In this document: positions 9,334-19,248 of the stretch, in pieces | Numbering within the stretch: position 1 is the first letter of the stretch | How the letters are laid out: the number at the start of each line of letters is the position of its first letter | NCBI GenBank assembly: GCA_963695555.1 | Contig: CAVOGR010000001.1 | Coordinates: 320,001 to 384,000 of the forward strand | Length of the DNA stretch: 64,000 nucleotides | Source: an uncultured Gemmatimonadales bacterium | GTDB lineage: Bacteria; Gemmatimonadota; Gemmatimonadetes; Gemmatimonadales; GWC2-71-9 | Reading direction: 5' to 3' | Position numbers and translations under genes: made by a program | Notes under the pieces: generated by a model | Told to the model about the DNA's origin: nothing | The model's input: the letters and a program-made list of their open reading frames with translations, nothing else | The model's database searches: none

Positions 9334-10860
9334 ATGACGCACGCCCCCAATGCGGCCCTCCTGATCGATTTTGACAACGTGACGTTGGGTATCCGTTCCG
9401 ATCTCACCAAGGAACTCCGCACCCTGCTGAATAGTGAGATCATCAAGGGCAAAGTAGCCGTGCAGCGGGCCTACGCCGATTGGCGCCGATACCCGCAGTA
9501 CATCGTGCCCTTATCCGAATCGTCGATCGACCTCATCTTCGCGCCGGCCTTCGGCCCGAACAAGAAGAACGCCACGGACATCCGGCTCGCCGTGGATGCC
9601 ATAGAGCTCGTGTTTACCCGGTCTGAGATTGGAACGTTCATTCTCCTCTCGGGCGACAGCGACTTCTCGACCCTGGTCATCAAGCTCAAGGAATACGGCA
9701 AGTACGTGATCGGCGTCGGAATTCGTGAATCCGCCAGCGACCTGCTGATTCAGAATTGTGACGAGTACTACTCCTATTCCGACCTCGCCGGGTTGACCAA
9801 AGAATCAGAGCCGTCGTCCATCCAACGCGACCCGTGGGAAGTGGTGCGGGAAGCCATCGCGAGAATGACCGAACACGGCGACGTGATGCGTTCGGACCGG
9901 CTCAAACAAGTCATGCAGCAAATCGACCCCAACTTCGACGAGCGGAACTTCGGGTTCAATCGCTTCAGCAAGTTCGTGATCGAGGCCGGCAACAAGGGCG
10001 CCCTCCGACTGACCAAACTGGACAACGGCCAATTCGAGGTCGGCCCCATGGAGGCGCTCCCGACGGTCAAGGCCGCCGCTGCGCCCGGAACCGAAGATGG
10101 TGCCCGGCGCAGCCGGCGTGGGGGCCGTGGTCGGGGCGGCAAATCGGCGAAGAAGAAAACTGCGGCAGCGCCGACGAAAGGCGCCGGCGCACCAACCACT
10201 CCGCCGCCTTCGGGACATCGGCTCAGCCTGGCCAAGGCATTCGACCTCCTGCGCCACGCGCTCGATGAAATGGACCTCCCCGCTCCAGCTGCCGCCCTCC
10301 GTCTCCGTATGGCAACGCTCCATGGCCGAGAAGATCAGTTGCTCGAGGAAGGTCGATTTCAGCGGCTGCTCCGCCAGGCGCATGATGCGCACGTAGCGGA
10401 GGTGCTCAAGCTCGAGGACGGGACCTACGAAGTGAACCGGCTCGGCGACGTGGTCCGCGGAACGGCACCAGCGGCGCGAGCCCCGCAGAAGGCAGGCGCG
10501 AAGGCGCCCAGCACCGAGCCGCCCGTCCAGCCAGAGGCTGAGGAACGGGAGAAGGTCAACGGCAGACGGGCGGGGCTCAGATTCCGCCGTGGGTCCCGAA
10601 CACCGGCACGGAAGGAAGAGATCGCAATGGTCGGGGTCGTGACGGCCGATGACTCCGGTTCGGCCAAGACCAAGCCGAAGGAAACCGCCGCCGGGACAAA
10701 GTCCTCGAAGGCAGCCAAGAAGCGGAAACGGTCGCCCCGAAAGAAGACTGCCAGCGGGGCCAAGAAGAAGACGACGCGCAAGCGAGCGAATTCCGGAGCG
10801 GCTGCGAAGGCTTCGAAACAGACGGAAAGACCACCGGCCTCGCCAGACCCTTCCGCGTGA
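9334..10860 (+). CDS. NYN (LabA/DUF88) domain protein with OST-HTH/LOTUS-like domain(s) and a Lys-rich tail
   Basis: [16 protein letters not shown] and LSGDSDF motifs. LOTUS-like segment [19 protein letters not shown]-rich C-terminus. Confidence 0.9.
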   Translation: MTHAPNAALLIDFDNVTLGIRSDLTKELRTLLNSEIIKGKVAVQRAYADWRRYPQYIVPLSESSIDLIFAPAFGPNKKNATDIRLAVDAIELVFTRSEIGTFILLSGDSDFSTLVIKLKEYGKYVIGVGIRESASDLLIQNCDEYYSYSDLAGLTKESEPSSIQRDPWEVVREAIARMTEHGDVMRSDRLKQVMQQIDPNFDERNFGFNRFSKFVIEAGNKGALRLTKLDNGQFEVGPMEALPTVKAAAAPGTEDGARRSRRGGRGRGGKSAKKKTAAAPTKGAGAPTTPPPSGHRLSLAKAFDLLRHALDEMDLPAPAAALRLRMATLHGREDQLLEEGRFQRLLRQAHDAHVAEVLKLEDGTYEVNRLGDVVRGTAPAARAPQKAGAKAPSTEPPVQPEAEEREKVNGRRAGLRFRRGSRTPARKEEIAMVGVVTADDSGSAKTKPKETAAGTKSSKAAKKRKRSPRKKTASGAKKKTTRKRANSGAAAKASKQTERPPASPDPSA

Positions 10861-11486
10861 GTACCCGGCTCGACCCGGACTTCTTCCTGCGGCCGGCCAA
10901 CCTCGTGGCCGCGGATCTCATCGGCACGCTCATCACATCGACGATGGCGGGCACGACCACGGTCGGCCGGATCGTCGAGACGGAAGCATACCTCGGCCAC
11001 CGTGATCCAGCCTCGCACGGCTACCGATTTCGCCGGCATGCGGGCAATGAGTCTCTCTATGCCGCGCCAGGCACGTGGTACGTGTACCGCTCCTACGGCA
11101 TTCACTGGTGTGCCAACCTGGTGTGCTCGGACACCGAGGGTGACGGGTCCGCCGTGCTCATTCGAGCGCTGGAACCTCTCCGCGGGCTTCGGGCCATGCG
11201 CCGCCGCCGCGGGACGCAGGTCGACACCGCCCTCTGCTCCGGGCCGGGAAAGCTCACTCAGGCTCTGGGGATAACCCGCGCGCTCGACGGGAGACCAATA
11301 GCAAGCGCGCCGGTCACGGTCGAGGTGGACTCGACCAGAGAACCGGCGCGCATTGCGGTGACGCCGCGCATCGGGATCACCAAAGCGGCTGACTGGCCCC
11401 TTCGATTTGCGCTCGAAGGGTCGCGCTGGCTATCGCGACGGGCTAGTGGCCGCTCCGTGTCCCCTCTCGTGACCCACCCAGGCTAA
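10857..11486 (+). CDS. mpg: DNA-3-methyladenine glycosylase (MPG/AAG family)
   Basis: GRIVETEAY, YVYRSYGIHWCAN, AVLIRALEP, SGPGKL, PRIGI motifs. Confidence 0.93.
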   Translation: MSTRLDPDFFLRPANLVAADLIGTLITSTMAGTTTVGRIVETEAYLGHRDPASHGYRFRRHAGNESLYAAPGTWYVYRSYGIHWCANLVCSDTEGDGSAVLIRALEPLRGLRAMRRRRGTQVDTALCSGPGKLTQALGITRALDGRPIASAPVTVEVDSTREPARIAVTPRIGITKAADWPLRFALEGSRWLSRRASGRSVSPLVTHPG

Positions 11487-12096
11487 ACCGCAGTCCGCCC
11501 GAGAAGGTGTGCGTCGGGCCCTTGATCAGCTTTTCCTCGCCCGGACGGGTGGTGATCTGGTACATGCCAAAGGCCGCCACCCCACCGACGCGGAACTGAA
11601 GCCCCCCGACGAACGTCCCGAACCCGAAGCTGCCGAAATCCTCGGCAATGGCCTTGGCCAGATCGGGGTCGGCCGCTCCGATGGGGAAGGGGTTATGCAA
11701 GTGCATGAACCCGAACCCGACCCCGAAGAACGGGGTCACCGCCGAGCGGAACGGATAGCCAATAATAACCGCGCTGTATTTCCGGATGTCGTTGAAACCG
11801 ACCTGTTGCACACCCGCCGGGGCGGTGGCGTCGGTGTAGGCCGCGCGTTCATCCGATCCAAACCCCTCCTCGACCGAGAGGAGGAGACCCGTGCGCTTGG
11901 CGGTAATGAGCATGTGCCCGCCGGCCATCGGGATCCCACCTTGGGTTTGGGCGTCCGTCTCGTAGACCGTCACGCCCCCATGAGCCCCAACGAACCACTG
12001 GAAGGTTCCGGAGCTTCCATCCTGGCCCGCCAAAGACGTCGTTCCCAGGAGCGCCCCGAGCGCGAGCGCCAAAAGACTGCGGGAAAGGATACGCAT
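11443..12096 (-). CDS. Secreted, outer-membrane beta-barrel-like hypothetical protein
   Basis: Signal peptide MRILSRSLLALALGALL, amphipathic beta strands (PFFGVGFG, FSGGLRFSL) and GGAGG RBS. Confidence 0.7.
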   Translation of the reverse strand: MRILSRSLLALALGALLGTTSLAGQDGSSGTFQWFVGAHGGVTVYETDAQTQGGIPMAGGHMLITAKRTGLLLSVEEGFGSDERAAYTDATAPAGVQQVGFNDIRKYSAVIIGYPFRSAVTPFFGVGFGFMHLHNPFPIGAADPDLAKAIAEDFGSFGFGTFVGGLQFRVGGVAAFGMYQITTRPGEEKLIKGPTHTFSGGLRFSLGGSREGTRSGH

Positions 12097-12208
12097 CACT
12101 GTGCCTCCGTAGGGTTGTGGCAGTGAATTACGGGGACGCCGGCCCGTTGCGGGGCATTCCTCGACCTTCCCGCAGCGACCCGCTGGTCCTGTGACCCCCC
12201 CGGCCAGT

Positions 12209-12224
12209 AGCAAATCTCTTGCCC
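12209..12224 (-). promoter_or_regulatory. sigma54 promoter of the beta-barrel gene
   Basis: Minus strand GGGCAAGAGATTTGCT, GG-N10-GC. Confidence 0.55.
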
Positions 12225-12394
12225 GGGGGCTGGATTGCGCATGGTTCCGGGGCCCCAGACCCGCATTAGCAACGAAACCAGCCTCCCTGATGGGCGGAAA
12301 CAGGGTTTGACCTCGCAAATTCGAGGTCACAGCCTGGCGATGGGCCGGGGGCCGTTGCATTTGGCAAGGCCGCCCTGCCAAGGGCAATCGTCCC

Positions 12395-12419
12395 TATCGC
12401 TTGCGAAATACAGCACTTA
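12395..12419. promoter_or_regulatory. TAA-N19-TTA-like element, copy 3 (overlaps kbl stop codon)
   Basis: Minus strand TAAGTGCTGTATTTCGCAAGCGATA; one end deviates. Confidence 0.3.
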
Positions 12420-13616
12420 GATCACGTCGAGACGCTGGCCGACTCGCTGGAATGCGTCGAGCGCCTGGTCGAGGTCCTCTTTGGTGTGGGCCGCGGATAT
12501 TTGGCAGCGGACCCGCGCCTCTCCCTTTGGCACCACTGGGTAGCCGAACCCGGTCACGAACACCCCGGCATCGAGCAGCATGTCGCTCATCTGGATGGCC
12601 TTTGCCGTGTCGCCCAGAATGACCGGAATGATCGGTGTCTCGCCTGGCAGCGGCGAAAAGCCCAACGACTGGAGACCTTCGCGGAAATAGCGAGTGCTCG
12701 CCATGAGCTGGGCGACGCGTTCGGGGTGGCGCTCGAGGAACTCCACGCTCGCGAGGGCACTCGCTGCCACCGTCGGCGGCAGCGCGTTTGAAAAGAGCTG
12801 CGGTCGCGCCCGTTGCGTGAGGTAGTCGCACACGGTCGCCGACGCGGCAACGAAACCGCCGGCGGCACCGCCCAGGGCCTTGCCCAGGGTGGAGGTAATG
12901 ATGTCCACTTCTCCCAGCATGCCGAAGTGCTCGGCGGTGCCGCGTCCGTGAGTTCCCAATACGCCGGTCGCGTGTGAATCGTCAACCATCAGGAGCGCGT
13001 CGTGCGCCCGACAGAGTTCCGCGAGGCCTGGAAGGTTGGCTATCGCGCCCTCCATCGAGAATACACCGTCGGTTATGACCAACTTGATCTTTCGGTCGCG
13101 CGCCGCCTCCAGCTTTGCTTTGAGGTCGTCGAGATTGCCATGATCGTAAACGACCGCGTCGCACTTGGCGATGGACTTGGCTAGCCGGATGGCATCGATG
13201 ATCGAGGCATGATTGAGCTGGTCGCTCAGAATGATGTCGTCGGGACCGAGGATGGTGGCCGGGAGCGCCTCATTGGCGTTCCAGCAGCTGACGAAGCTCA
13301 GGCTGGCTTCCGTTCCCACCAGGCGTGCGCAGGCTCGTTCGAGGTCTCGGTGGACGGTGAACGTGCCACAAATGAACCGAACCGATGCGGTCCCCGCGCC
13401 GAACCGGTCCAGGGCCGCCTTGCCGGCTTCCACGACCTCGGGCTCCGCGCTCAATCCGAGGTAGTTGTTGGACGACAGGATGATGACCTCTCCCCGGCCG
13501 TCCATCGTGACCCGGGGGGCCTGCGGGCCGTCGAGATAATTGAGCCGTTTGTAGACGCCGTCTCGTTTGAACCCCTGGATATCCGCGTCCAGTCGTTGGT
13601 CCAGGCTCCTGTTCAT
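12417..13616 (-). CDS. kbl: Glycine C-acetyltransferase (2-amino-3-ketobutyrate CoA ligase)
   Basis: SSNNYLGL, ASVRFICGT, NHASIID, DGVFSM, DDSHATG, STLGKALGG (PLP Lys). Coupled to tdh. Confidence 0.93.
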   Translation of the reverse strand: MNRSLDQRLDADIQGFKRDGVYKRLNYLDGPQAPRVTMDGRGEVIILSSNNYLGLSAEPEVVEAGKAALDRFGAGTASVRFICGTFTVHRDLERACARLVGTEASLSFVSCWNANEALPATILGPDDIILSDQLNHASIIDAIRLAKSIAKCDAVVYDHGNLDDLKAKLEAARDRKIKLVITDGVFSMEGAIANLPGLAELCRAHDALLMVDDSHATGVLGTHGRGTAEHFGMLGEVDIITSTLGKALGGAAGGFVAASATVCDYLTQRARPQLFSNALPPTVAASALASVEFLERHPERVAQLMASTRYFREGLQSLGFSPLPGETPIIPVILGDTAKAIQMSDMLLDAGVFVTGFGYPVVPKGEARVRCQISAAHTKEDLDQALDAFQRVGQRLDVI

Positions 13617-14653
13617 CCGCCGATCTCCAGTATGACCTTCCCCGCTTTTCCGGCCTTGATTACCTGAATTGCGTCCGCGAAGCGTTCCAGCGGGAAGCGG
13701 TGGGTGATCACCGGGAGCGGATCCAGCAGCCCGCCGCGGAGGAACCGCTGCATCTGATGCCAGGTCTGGTACATTCGCCGGCCGGTGACCCCGTACAGGG
13801 TCAATCCCTTGAAAATGATGTCCCGCGCGAAATCGACTTCGGTGGTCTGCGACGGGGTTCCGAGGAGGTTGACGCGGCCGCCTAGCCGGGCGACGGCAAA
13901 GGCTTGGGCGTGACCGCTCGGGTGCCCGCTCATTTCGCACACCACGTCCACTCCTTCCCCGTCGGTCAGCTCGAGGATTCGCGCGGTGACGTCGTCCGAC
14001 CCGGCGTTGAGCGTGCAATGGGCGCCCATGGTACGCGCGATTTCGAGGCGACGCTCGATGATGTCACTGGCGATGACGAGCGATGCGCCGGCCGCTCGCG
14101 CCACGCCAACCGCAAAACAGCCGATGGGGCCGCAGCCAAGGATGAACACCGTGCGTGCCGTGACGTCCGTCTCGAACACGGTATGGAAGGCGTTGCCCAT
14201 TGGGTCCATGATCGCGCCGATCTCGGTCGGAATGCCCTGGAGCTTCATGACGTTGGACTCGGGCATGGCGATGTAATCGGCAAAGGCGCCGTCACGATCG
14301 ACCCCAATGATTTGGGTCCGGCGGCACAGGTGAGCGCTCCCGGTGCGGCATTGAAGGCAGTGTCCGCACACGATATGGCCCTCGGCCGTGACCGGGTCGC
14401 CCACCGCCAGGACCCCCGTCGCCTCCGCCTCCGGGCCCAGCTGCGTGATCACACCGGCGAATTCGTGTCCGATAATGACCGGCGGCTTGAGGCGCCGGCT
14501 CGCCCAGGCATCCCAATTCCAGATGTGCAGGTCGGTGCCGCACAAGCCGGCATGATGCACGCGGATGAGGACATCGTTTGGGCCGCATGCCGGCTGAGGC
14601 GCATCCTTCAGCTCCATGCCGGGTCCAGCCTTGGCCTTTACGAGGGCTCGCAT
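13613..14653 (-). CDS. tdh: L-threonine 3-dehydrogenase
   Basis: CGTDLHIW.WDAWA, GHE, EGHIVCGHCLQC, GCGPIG, YGVTGRRMYQTW, GKVIL motifs. Confidence 0.93.
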   Translation of the reverse strand: MRALVKAKAGPGMELKDAPQPACGPNDVLIRVHHAGLCGTDLHIWNWDAWASRRLKPPVIIGHEFAGVITQLGPEAEATGVLAVGDPVTAEGHIVCGHCLQCRTGSAHLCRRTQIIGVDRDGAFADYIAMPESNVMKLQGIPTEIGAIMDPMGNAFHTVFETDVTARTVFILGCGPIGCFAVGVARAAGASLVIASDIIERRLEIARTMGAHCTLNAGSDDVTARILELTDGEGVDVVCEMSGHPSGHAQAFAVARLGGRVNLLGTPSQTTEVDFARDIIFKGLTLYGVTGRRMYQTWHQMQRFLRGGLLDPLPVITHRFPLERFADAIQVIKAGKAGKVILEIGG

Positions 14654-14684
14654 GTTCCTCCGATGAATGCTCTACGGGGCGCCG

Positions 14685-15482
14685 CTACTGGATTGCCCGT
14701 GCCAGTCCTCCGTCGATGCTCAGCGCCGTGCCCGTGATGTAGCGCGCCCGCTCCGAGACCAAGAAAGCCGCCGCCCAGGCCAACTCCTCCGGCTTCCCAA
14801 CGCGACCCAGCGGTACGGATCGGGCCATTTCGTTCAGCACCTCATCTCGCGGCCGGTCCTGGGCACGGCTACGCGCCTCCGCCAAGGTCACCAGGCGCTC
14901 CGTTTCAATGTAGCCCGGGCACAAGGTGTTCACCGTGACGCCGTGTGCCGCGACCTCGTCCGCGAGGCTCTTTGCGAACCCGAGCACCCCGGCGCGTGCC
15001 GTGGTCGAGAGTATCAACCCAGCTACGGGTTGTTTGGCGGCGACCGAGGTCATGCAGAGAATGCGACCCCACCTCCGGGCGATCATCAGCTCGATCGCTG
15101 CGCGACATAGCTGCACCGTGGACAGGAGGTTGAGCCGCAGCGCGTCGAGCCACGCCTCGCCCGGGAGGTCGCGTGCCGTGCCCGGAACCGGTCCGCCCGC
15201 ATTACACACTAAGATATCGACGGAGCCGAATTGCTGCGCAGCTCGCCGCACCAGGTCTTCCGCCTGCTCCGCCACCGACACGTCCGCGACGAGCCGAGCC
15301 GCCGGGGCCGCCCCATCTCGCGCCAGCGCGGCCTCCGCGGCCGCCAGCCGCTCGTCGTCGCGGCCATTGATGACCACGCGCGCGCCCTCGAGGGCGAGCG
15401 CCTTCGCGATGGCTTTTCCCAGCCCGCTAGAGCTGCCACAGACGAGGGCGACCTTGTCCGTGAGGCCGAGGTCCATCGTCAT
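14685..15482 (-). CDS. SDR family oxidoreductase (atypical SxxxR type)
   Basis: CGSSSGLG, LVCNAGGP, LSTTARAG and YITG motifs. Start is 15482 or 15476. Confidence 0.9.
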   Translation of the reverse strand: MTMDLGLTDKVALVCGSSSGLGKAIAKALALEGARVVINGRDDERLAAAEAALARDGAAPAARLVADVSVAEQAEDLVRRAAQQFGSVDILVCNAGGPVPGTARDLPGEAWLDALRLNLLSTVQLCRAAIELMIARRWGRILCMTSVAAKQPVAGLILSTTARAGVLGFAKSLADEVAAHGVTVNTLCPGYIETERLVTLAEARSRAQDRPRDEVLNEMARSVPLGRVGKPEELAWAAAFLVSERARYITGTALSIDGGLARAIQ

Positions 15483-15562
15483 CGACCCCGGCAGGGGCGG
15501 TCCGGAGAGATGGTCATGATCGTGTGGACGCGGTGTCGGGGTGCCGAAGCCGCATCGTGACC

Positions 15563-18505
15563 TCAGCGATCGGTCCCGACCGGGACCGCCTCCACGCGGA
15601 CCGCGCTGACCTTGAACGAAGCGATCTTGGCGTACGGGTCGAGCTTGGGGTTCGTCAACAAGTTGGCGGCCGCTTCACGGAAATGCATGGGGACGAATAT
15701 CTGTCCCGGCGCTTGGCGCTCCGACAGCCGAGCCCCGATTACGATCGAGCCGCGACGCGAGGTGATCCGGACTGTGTCCCCATCCGCTACGCCGAGAGCC
15801 GCCGCATCGGCTGGGTGAATTTCCACCACCGGTACGGGCTCCCGGGCATCCAGACCCTCAGAGCGTCGGGTCATGGTGCCGGTATGCCAGTGATACATCT
15901 GCCGCCCGGTACCCATGACGAACGGGAACTCCTCATCCGGCAGTTCGCTCGGCGGCAAGGCCTCGACCGGGACGAAGCTGGCACGCCCGTCCGCAGTCGG
16001 GAAGCCGTCGGCAAACAGGAAGGGGGTCCCGGGCGAGTCCTCGTCGGGAACAGGGTACTGGAGCCCGCCGTGACGCGTGATCCCGGCGTAGGTCACGCCG
16101 CGCCACGATGGCGTCACCTGCGCGATCTCCCGCATCACGTCCTCGGCGGTGGTGAACTGAGTCGGCAAGCCCAGGCGGTTGCTCAGATCCACCAGGATAT
16201 CGAGATCGCGTCGGCAGAGTCCCGGCGGGTCCAATCCGGGCTCGCTCAACTGGATCCGGCGCTCCGTATTCACGAAGGTGCCTTGTTTCTCGGCAAACGA
16301 CGACCCCGGGAGCACCACGTCGGCCCAGCGGGCGGTTTCGGTGAGAAAGAGGTCGTGAACCGCCAGGAATTCGAGGCCGCGCACCCAGTGTTCGGCATGC
16401 GAGATGTCGGGATCGGACATCACGGGGTTCTCGCCCATGATGTAGAGTCCACGCACCGGGCTCCCATCCTTGGGCAGTTCCGTGACCATGAACCCCTCCT
16501 CGAGCGACAAGGCCTCTTCCGGGACCCCCCACACGCGCGCGTAGTCGGCCCGGTGCGCCGGATCCTTGACCGAGCGATAGTCGGTATACACGAAGGGGAT
16601 GGCCCCCATGTCGCTCGCGCCCTGCACGTTGTTCTGGCCGCGGATCGGGAACATGGCCGCTCCCCAGCGGCCGATCATGCCTGTGGCCAAGATCAGGTTG
16701 AGCAGCGCCGCCACGATGTCCGTGCCTGTCGAATGTTGCGTCAGCCCCATGGCCCACAGGGTCGACGTGTTGGGGCCCGACGCGTACAACTCCGCTGCCT
16801 GGCCGATCAGGTGGTGGGGAATGCCGGTCAGCTTGGACCCGACCTCCAGGGTGTAGGGGGCCACGGCCGCCGCGACTGCGTCGAATTCCCGGGTCCGTTC
16901 GGCGATGAATGCCTGGTTCACCAGCCCGTGCTGGATGATGTGATTCAGCAACGTGTTGAACAGCGCCACGTCCGTTCCCGGCCGCAGCTGCAGGTGGATG
17001 TCGGCCATGGCCGCGAGCTCCGTCCGGCGCACGTCGGCCACGATCAGCCGGGCTCCACGGGTGACCGCTCGCTTGATGAGGGCACCGAACACGGGGTGTG
17101 ATTCCGTGGTGTTGGCCCCGGCAATGAAGATGACGTCACAAGCCTCCTCGATTTCGCGCATCGAGCCGGACGCCGCGGCGGTACTCATGGCGCGGTTCAT
17201 GGCTGAGACCGACGTCGAGTGACACAGCCGGGTACAGTGGTCGACGCTGTTGGTTCCCAAACCCGCCCGGACCATCCGCATGAAGACGTAATTGTCCTCA
17301 TTGGTGCATTTGGCCGAGGACAGTGCGGCGAGGGCGTTCGGCCCGTGCGCGCCCTTGATCCGGAGGAGTTCCTGCGCGGTGAGGCTCAGGGCCTCGTCCC
17401 AGGTGGCTTCGCGGAACGCGCTGAACCACGCGGCCGGAGTCGAGGCCTGGTCCCGGATATCGCTTTCGGGTGCGGTGCGTCGTCCTGTCTGGGGCGGTTT
17501 CCCCGTGCTTCGGAACGGCGGACGTGGCTTTCCCTCTCGCCCTAACTCTTCGATCGTGTGCCACGGGCCTTCCCGATAGCGCGGCGTGGCTCCGGTCCAG
17601 CGCCAGGCGCTCCCGTCATGCACCCAGCCCTTGCGGATGAGCGGAGTCTTGAGCCGGTCCCGATGTTGTCCGAAGTCGTATCCGAAGCGCCCTTTGACAC
17701 AGGTGGAGCCCTGGTTGGGGGTGGCCTCCTCGATCCACGGCGAGGTGACCCGCATGAGCTGTCCCTGCTTGACGTGGAGGTCGATCTGGCATCCGACCCC
17801 GCAGTAGGGGCAGACCGACCGGGCGACCGTGTCTGGGGCGAGCAGCGCCTGGCGGCCGAATCGCCGACTGGGCATGAACTCGAAAATGGCGTCCGTGGGG
17901 CATACTCGGACGCACTCACCGCACCAGGTACACCCGGCGTGATCGGGATTTCCGTCCCCGCCCACGATGATCTGGGCGGCGGGCCCCCGCTCGGACACGT
18001 CGAGCACGCCGACTTCCTGGATGTCCTCACAGGCTCGGACACACCGGGTACAGAGGATGCACCGGCTCATGTCGTGCTGGATCATGATGTCGCCGGGCCG
18101 CTCGTCTCCCGTGCGGAGTGGCAGGACCCGACGGTCCGGAATCGGGACCTGGTACTCCACCACGTATCGCTCGAACTCGTTTTCCGGTTGGGCTCGTCCG
18201 CCGTTGGCCAGGTGGTCTCCAGGGTAGCGCTGGAGCAGGAAATTGAGAACGGAGCGGCGGCTGGCGATTGCGGCCGGACTGTCGGTCTCCACCGTCATGC
18301 CGTCGGTCGCCGGCGTGGCGCACGCGGCGATGAGCTTCGGCTCGCCCTGGACGCTCACCAGGCAGATTCGGCAGTTGCCGACCGTTGGGAGCTTGGGGTA
18401 CCAGCAAAGCGTGGGGATACGGATATCGGCGGAGCGGGCGGCATCCAGGATGCTGGCACCGGGTGTGAAAGCGATCTGCTGTCGGTTGATTGTCAGTGTC
18501 CCCAT
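15563..18505 (-). CDS. fdhF: Formate dehydrogenase alpha subunit (FdhF/FdsA-like, Cys-type Mo/W-bisPGD) with N-terminal Fe-S domains
   Basis: 2Fe-2S site (CWY...CRIC...C), two 4Fe-4S motifs and CPYCGVGC. Active site DHCTRLCHS, RGQNNVQG, and a C-terminal molybdopterin-binding domain. Confidence 0.92.
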   Translation of the reverse strand: MGTLTINRQQIAFTPGASILDAARSADIRIPTLCWYPKLPTVGNCRICLVSVQGEPKLIAACATPATDGMTVETDSPAAIASRRSVLNFLLQRYPGDHLANGGRAQPENEFERYVVEYQVPIPDRRVLPLRTGDERPGDIMIQHDMSRCILCTRCVRACEDIQEVGVLDVSERGPAAQIIVGGDGNPDHAGCTWCGECVRVCPTDAIFEFMPSRRFGRQALLAPDTVARSVCPYCGVGCQIDLHVKQGQLMRVTSPWIEEATPNQGSTCVKGRFGYDFGQHRDRLKTPLIRKGWVHDGSAWRWTGATPRYREGPWHTIEELGREGKPRPPFRSTGKPPQTGRRTAPESDIRDQASTPAAWFSAFREATWDEALSLTAQELLRIKGAHGPNALAALSSAKCTNEDNYVFMRMVRAGLGTNSVDHCTRLCHSTSVSAMNRAMSTAAASGSMREIEEACDVIFIAGANTTESHPVFGALIKRAVTRGARLIVADVRRTELAAMADIHLQLRPGTDVALFNTLLNHIIQHGLVNQAFIAERTREFDAVAAAVAPYTLEVGSKLTGIPHHLIGQAAELYASGPNTSTLWAMGLTQHSTGTDIVAALLNLILATGMIGRWGAAMFPIRGQNNVQGASDMGAIPFVYTDYRSVKDPAHRADYARVWGVPEEALSLEEGFMVTELPKDGSPVRGLYIMGENPVMSDPDISHAEHWVRGLEFLAVHDLFLTETARWADVVLPGSSFAEKQGTFVNTERRIQLSEPGLDPPGLCRRDLDILVDLSNRLGLPTQFTTAEDVMREIAQVTPSWRGVTYAGITRHGGLQYPVPDEDSPGTPFLFADGFPTADGRASFVPVEALPPSELPDEEFPFVMGTGRQMYHWHTGTMTRRSEGLDAREPVPVVEIHPADAAALGVADGDTVRITSRRGSIVIGARLSERQAPGQIFVPMHFREAAANLLTNPKLDPYAKIASFKVSAVRVEAVPVGTDR

Positions 18506-19054
18506 GCGTCCGCCGAAGAGGGGTTTCGTGTCGAGAATAGAGCCCTTTCTGGCGGCAGGCAAGGGCACTCACGCGATGCGGCTACAACGATCCGATGTCA
18601 TGCATGACTGGGCGATGCATTGCGATTTGCATGACTCACAGGGTAACTCGCGACATGAATTGGACGCACAGCCGCGGTTGTCGGAGTCGGACGCAACGAA
18701 ACGAATATTGCCTAGGGTATTGCGCGAAACGAAAAAGTTTCGATTTTGTACATGGACGCAGTACGTGCCCGTGATCGATTTCGGATCCCGTGGGGCACGA
18801 TGCTCGGTTCGGCGATAGGACAGCAGCGCAAACTTCGACTGAAAGATCACGCGCTCTGAATCACTAGCTGAACGTCGAGGATCAGGTGCCCAGTCGATCA
18901 TGCTTTGCCTTGCGGCGAGTGCGGATCAGCCGCCCCGAATTTCCCGGTCATCGATGTGATGGACGGGGAAGTGCGGGAGTGACATCGCTCCCCATGCAGG
19001 CCCGTCCGGTCATAGTGTCCGCGACGGTTTGTACTCCAATTGGAGGAGGCAAAG

Positions 19055-19165
19055 ATGGCAGCTCGTAAGAAGGCGAAGAAGGCTAGGAAGCCAGCGAAGC
19101 GTAAGAAGAAGGCGACCAAGAAGGCGACCAAGAAGCGGAGACGGAAGGCCGCCAAGAAGAAGTAA
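19055..19165 (+). CDS. 36-aa Lys/Arg/Ala-rich histone-H1/protamine-like small protein
   Basis: MAARKKAKKARKPAKRKKKATKKATKKRRRKAAKKK. Strong GGAGGAGG RBS and a hairpin just downstream. Confidence 0.8.
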   Translation: MAARKKAKKARKPAKRKKKATKKATKKRRRKAAKKK

Positions 19166-19178
19166 CTTGCCTTCTGAG

Positions 19179-19214
19179 ATGCAACGGGGCCGGCCAGCTG
19201 CCGGCCCCATGCAT
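19179..19214 (+). terminator. Hairpin after the basic peptide gene
   Basis: GGGGCCGGC-CAGCT-GCCGGCCCC stem, extended by ATGCA/TGCAT. Confidence 0.55.
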
Positions 19215-19248
19215 TTCCCCCCCCTCCCCCCCATCCCAGAAAACGACA

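Noticed and set aside
15524..17101. Long antisense ORFs (also 23814-25124, 27283-28557, 49230-50735, 52730-54556)
   Set aside because: They are shadows of well-supported genes on the opposite strand, expected with GC-rich codon bias, and show no recognisable motifs.
17215..17245. Possible selenocysteine in formate dehydrogenase
   Set aside because: The active-site codon is TGT (Cys) and there is no in-frame TGA.
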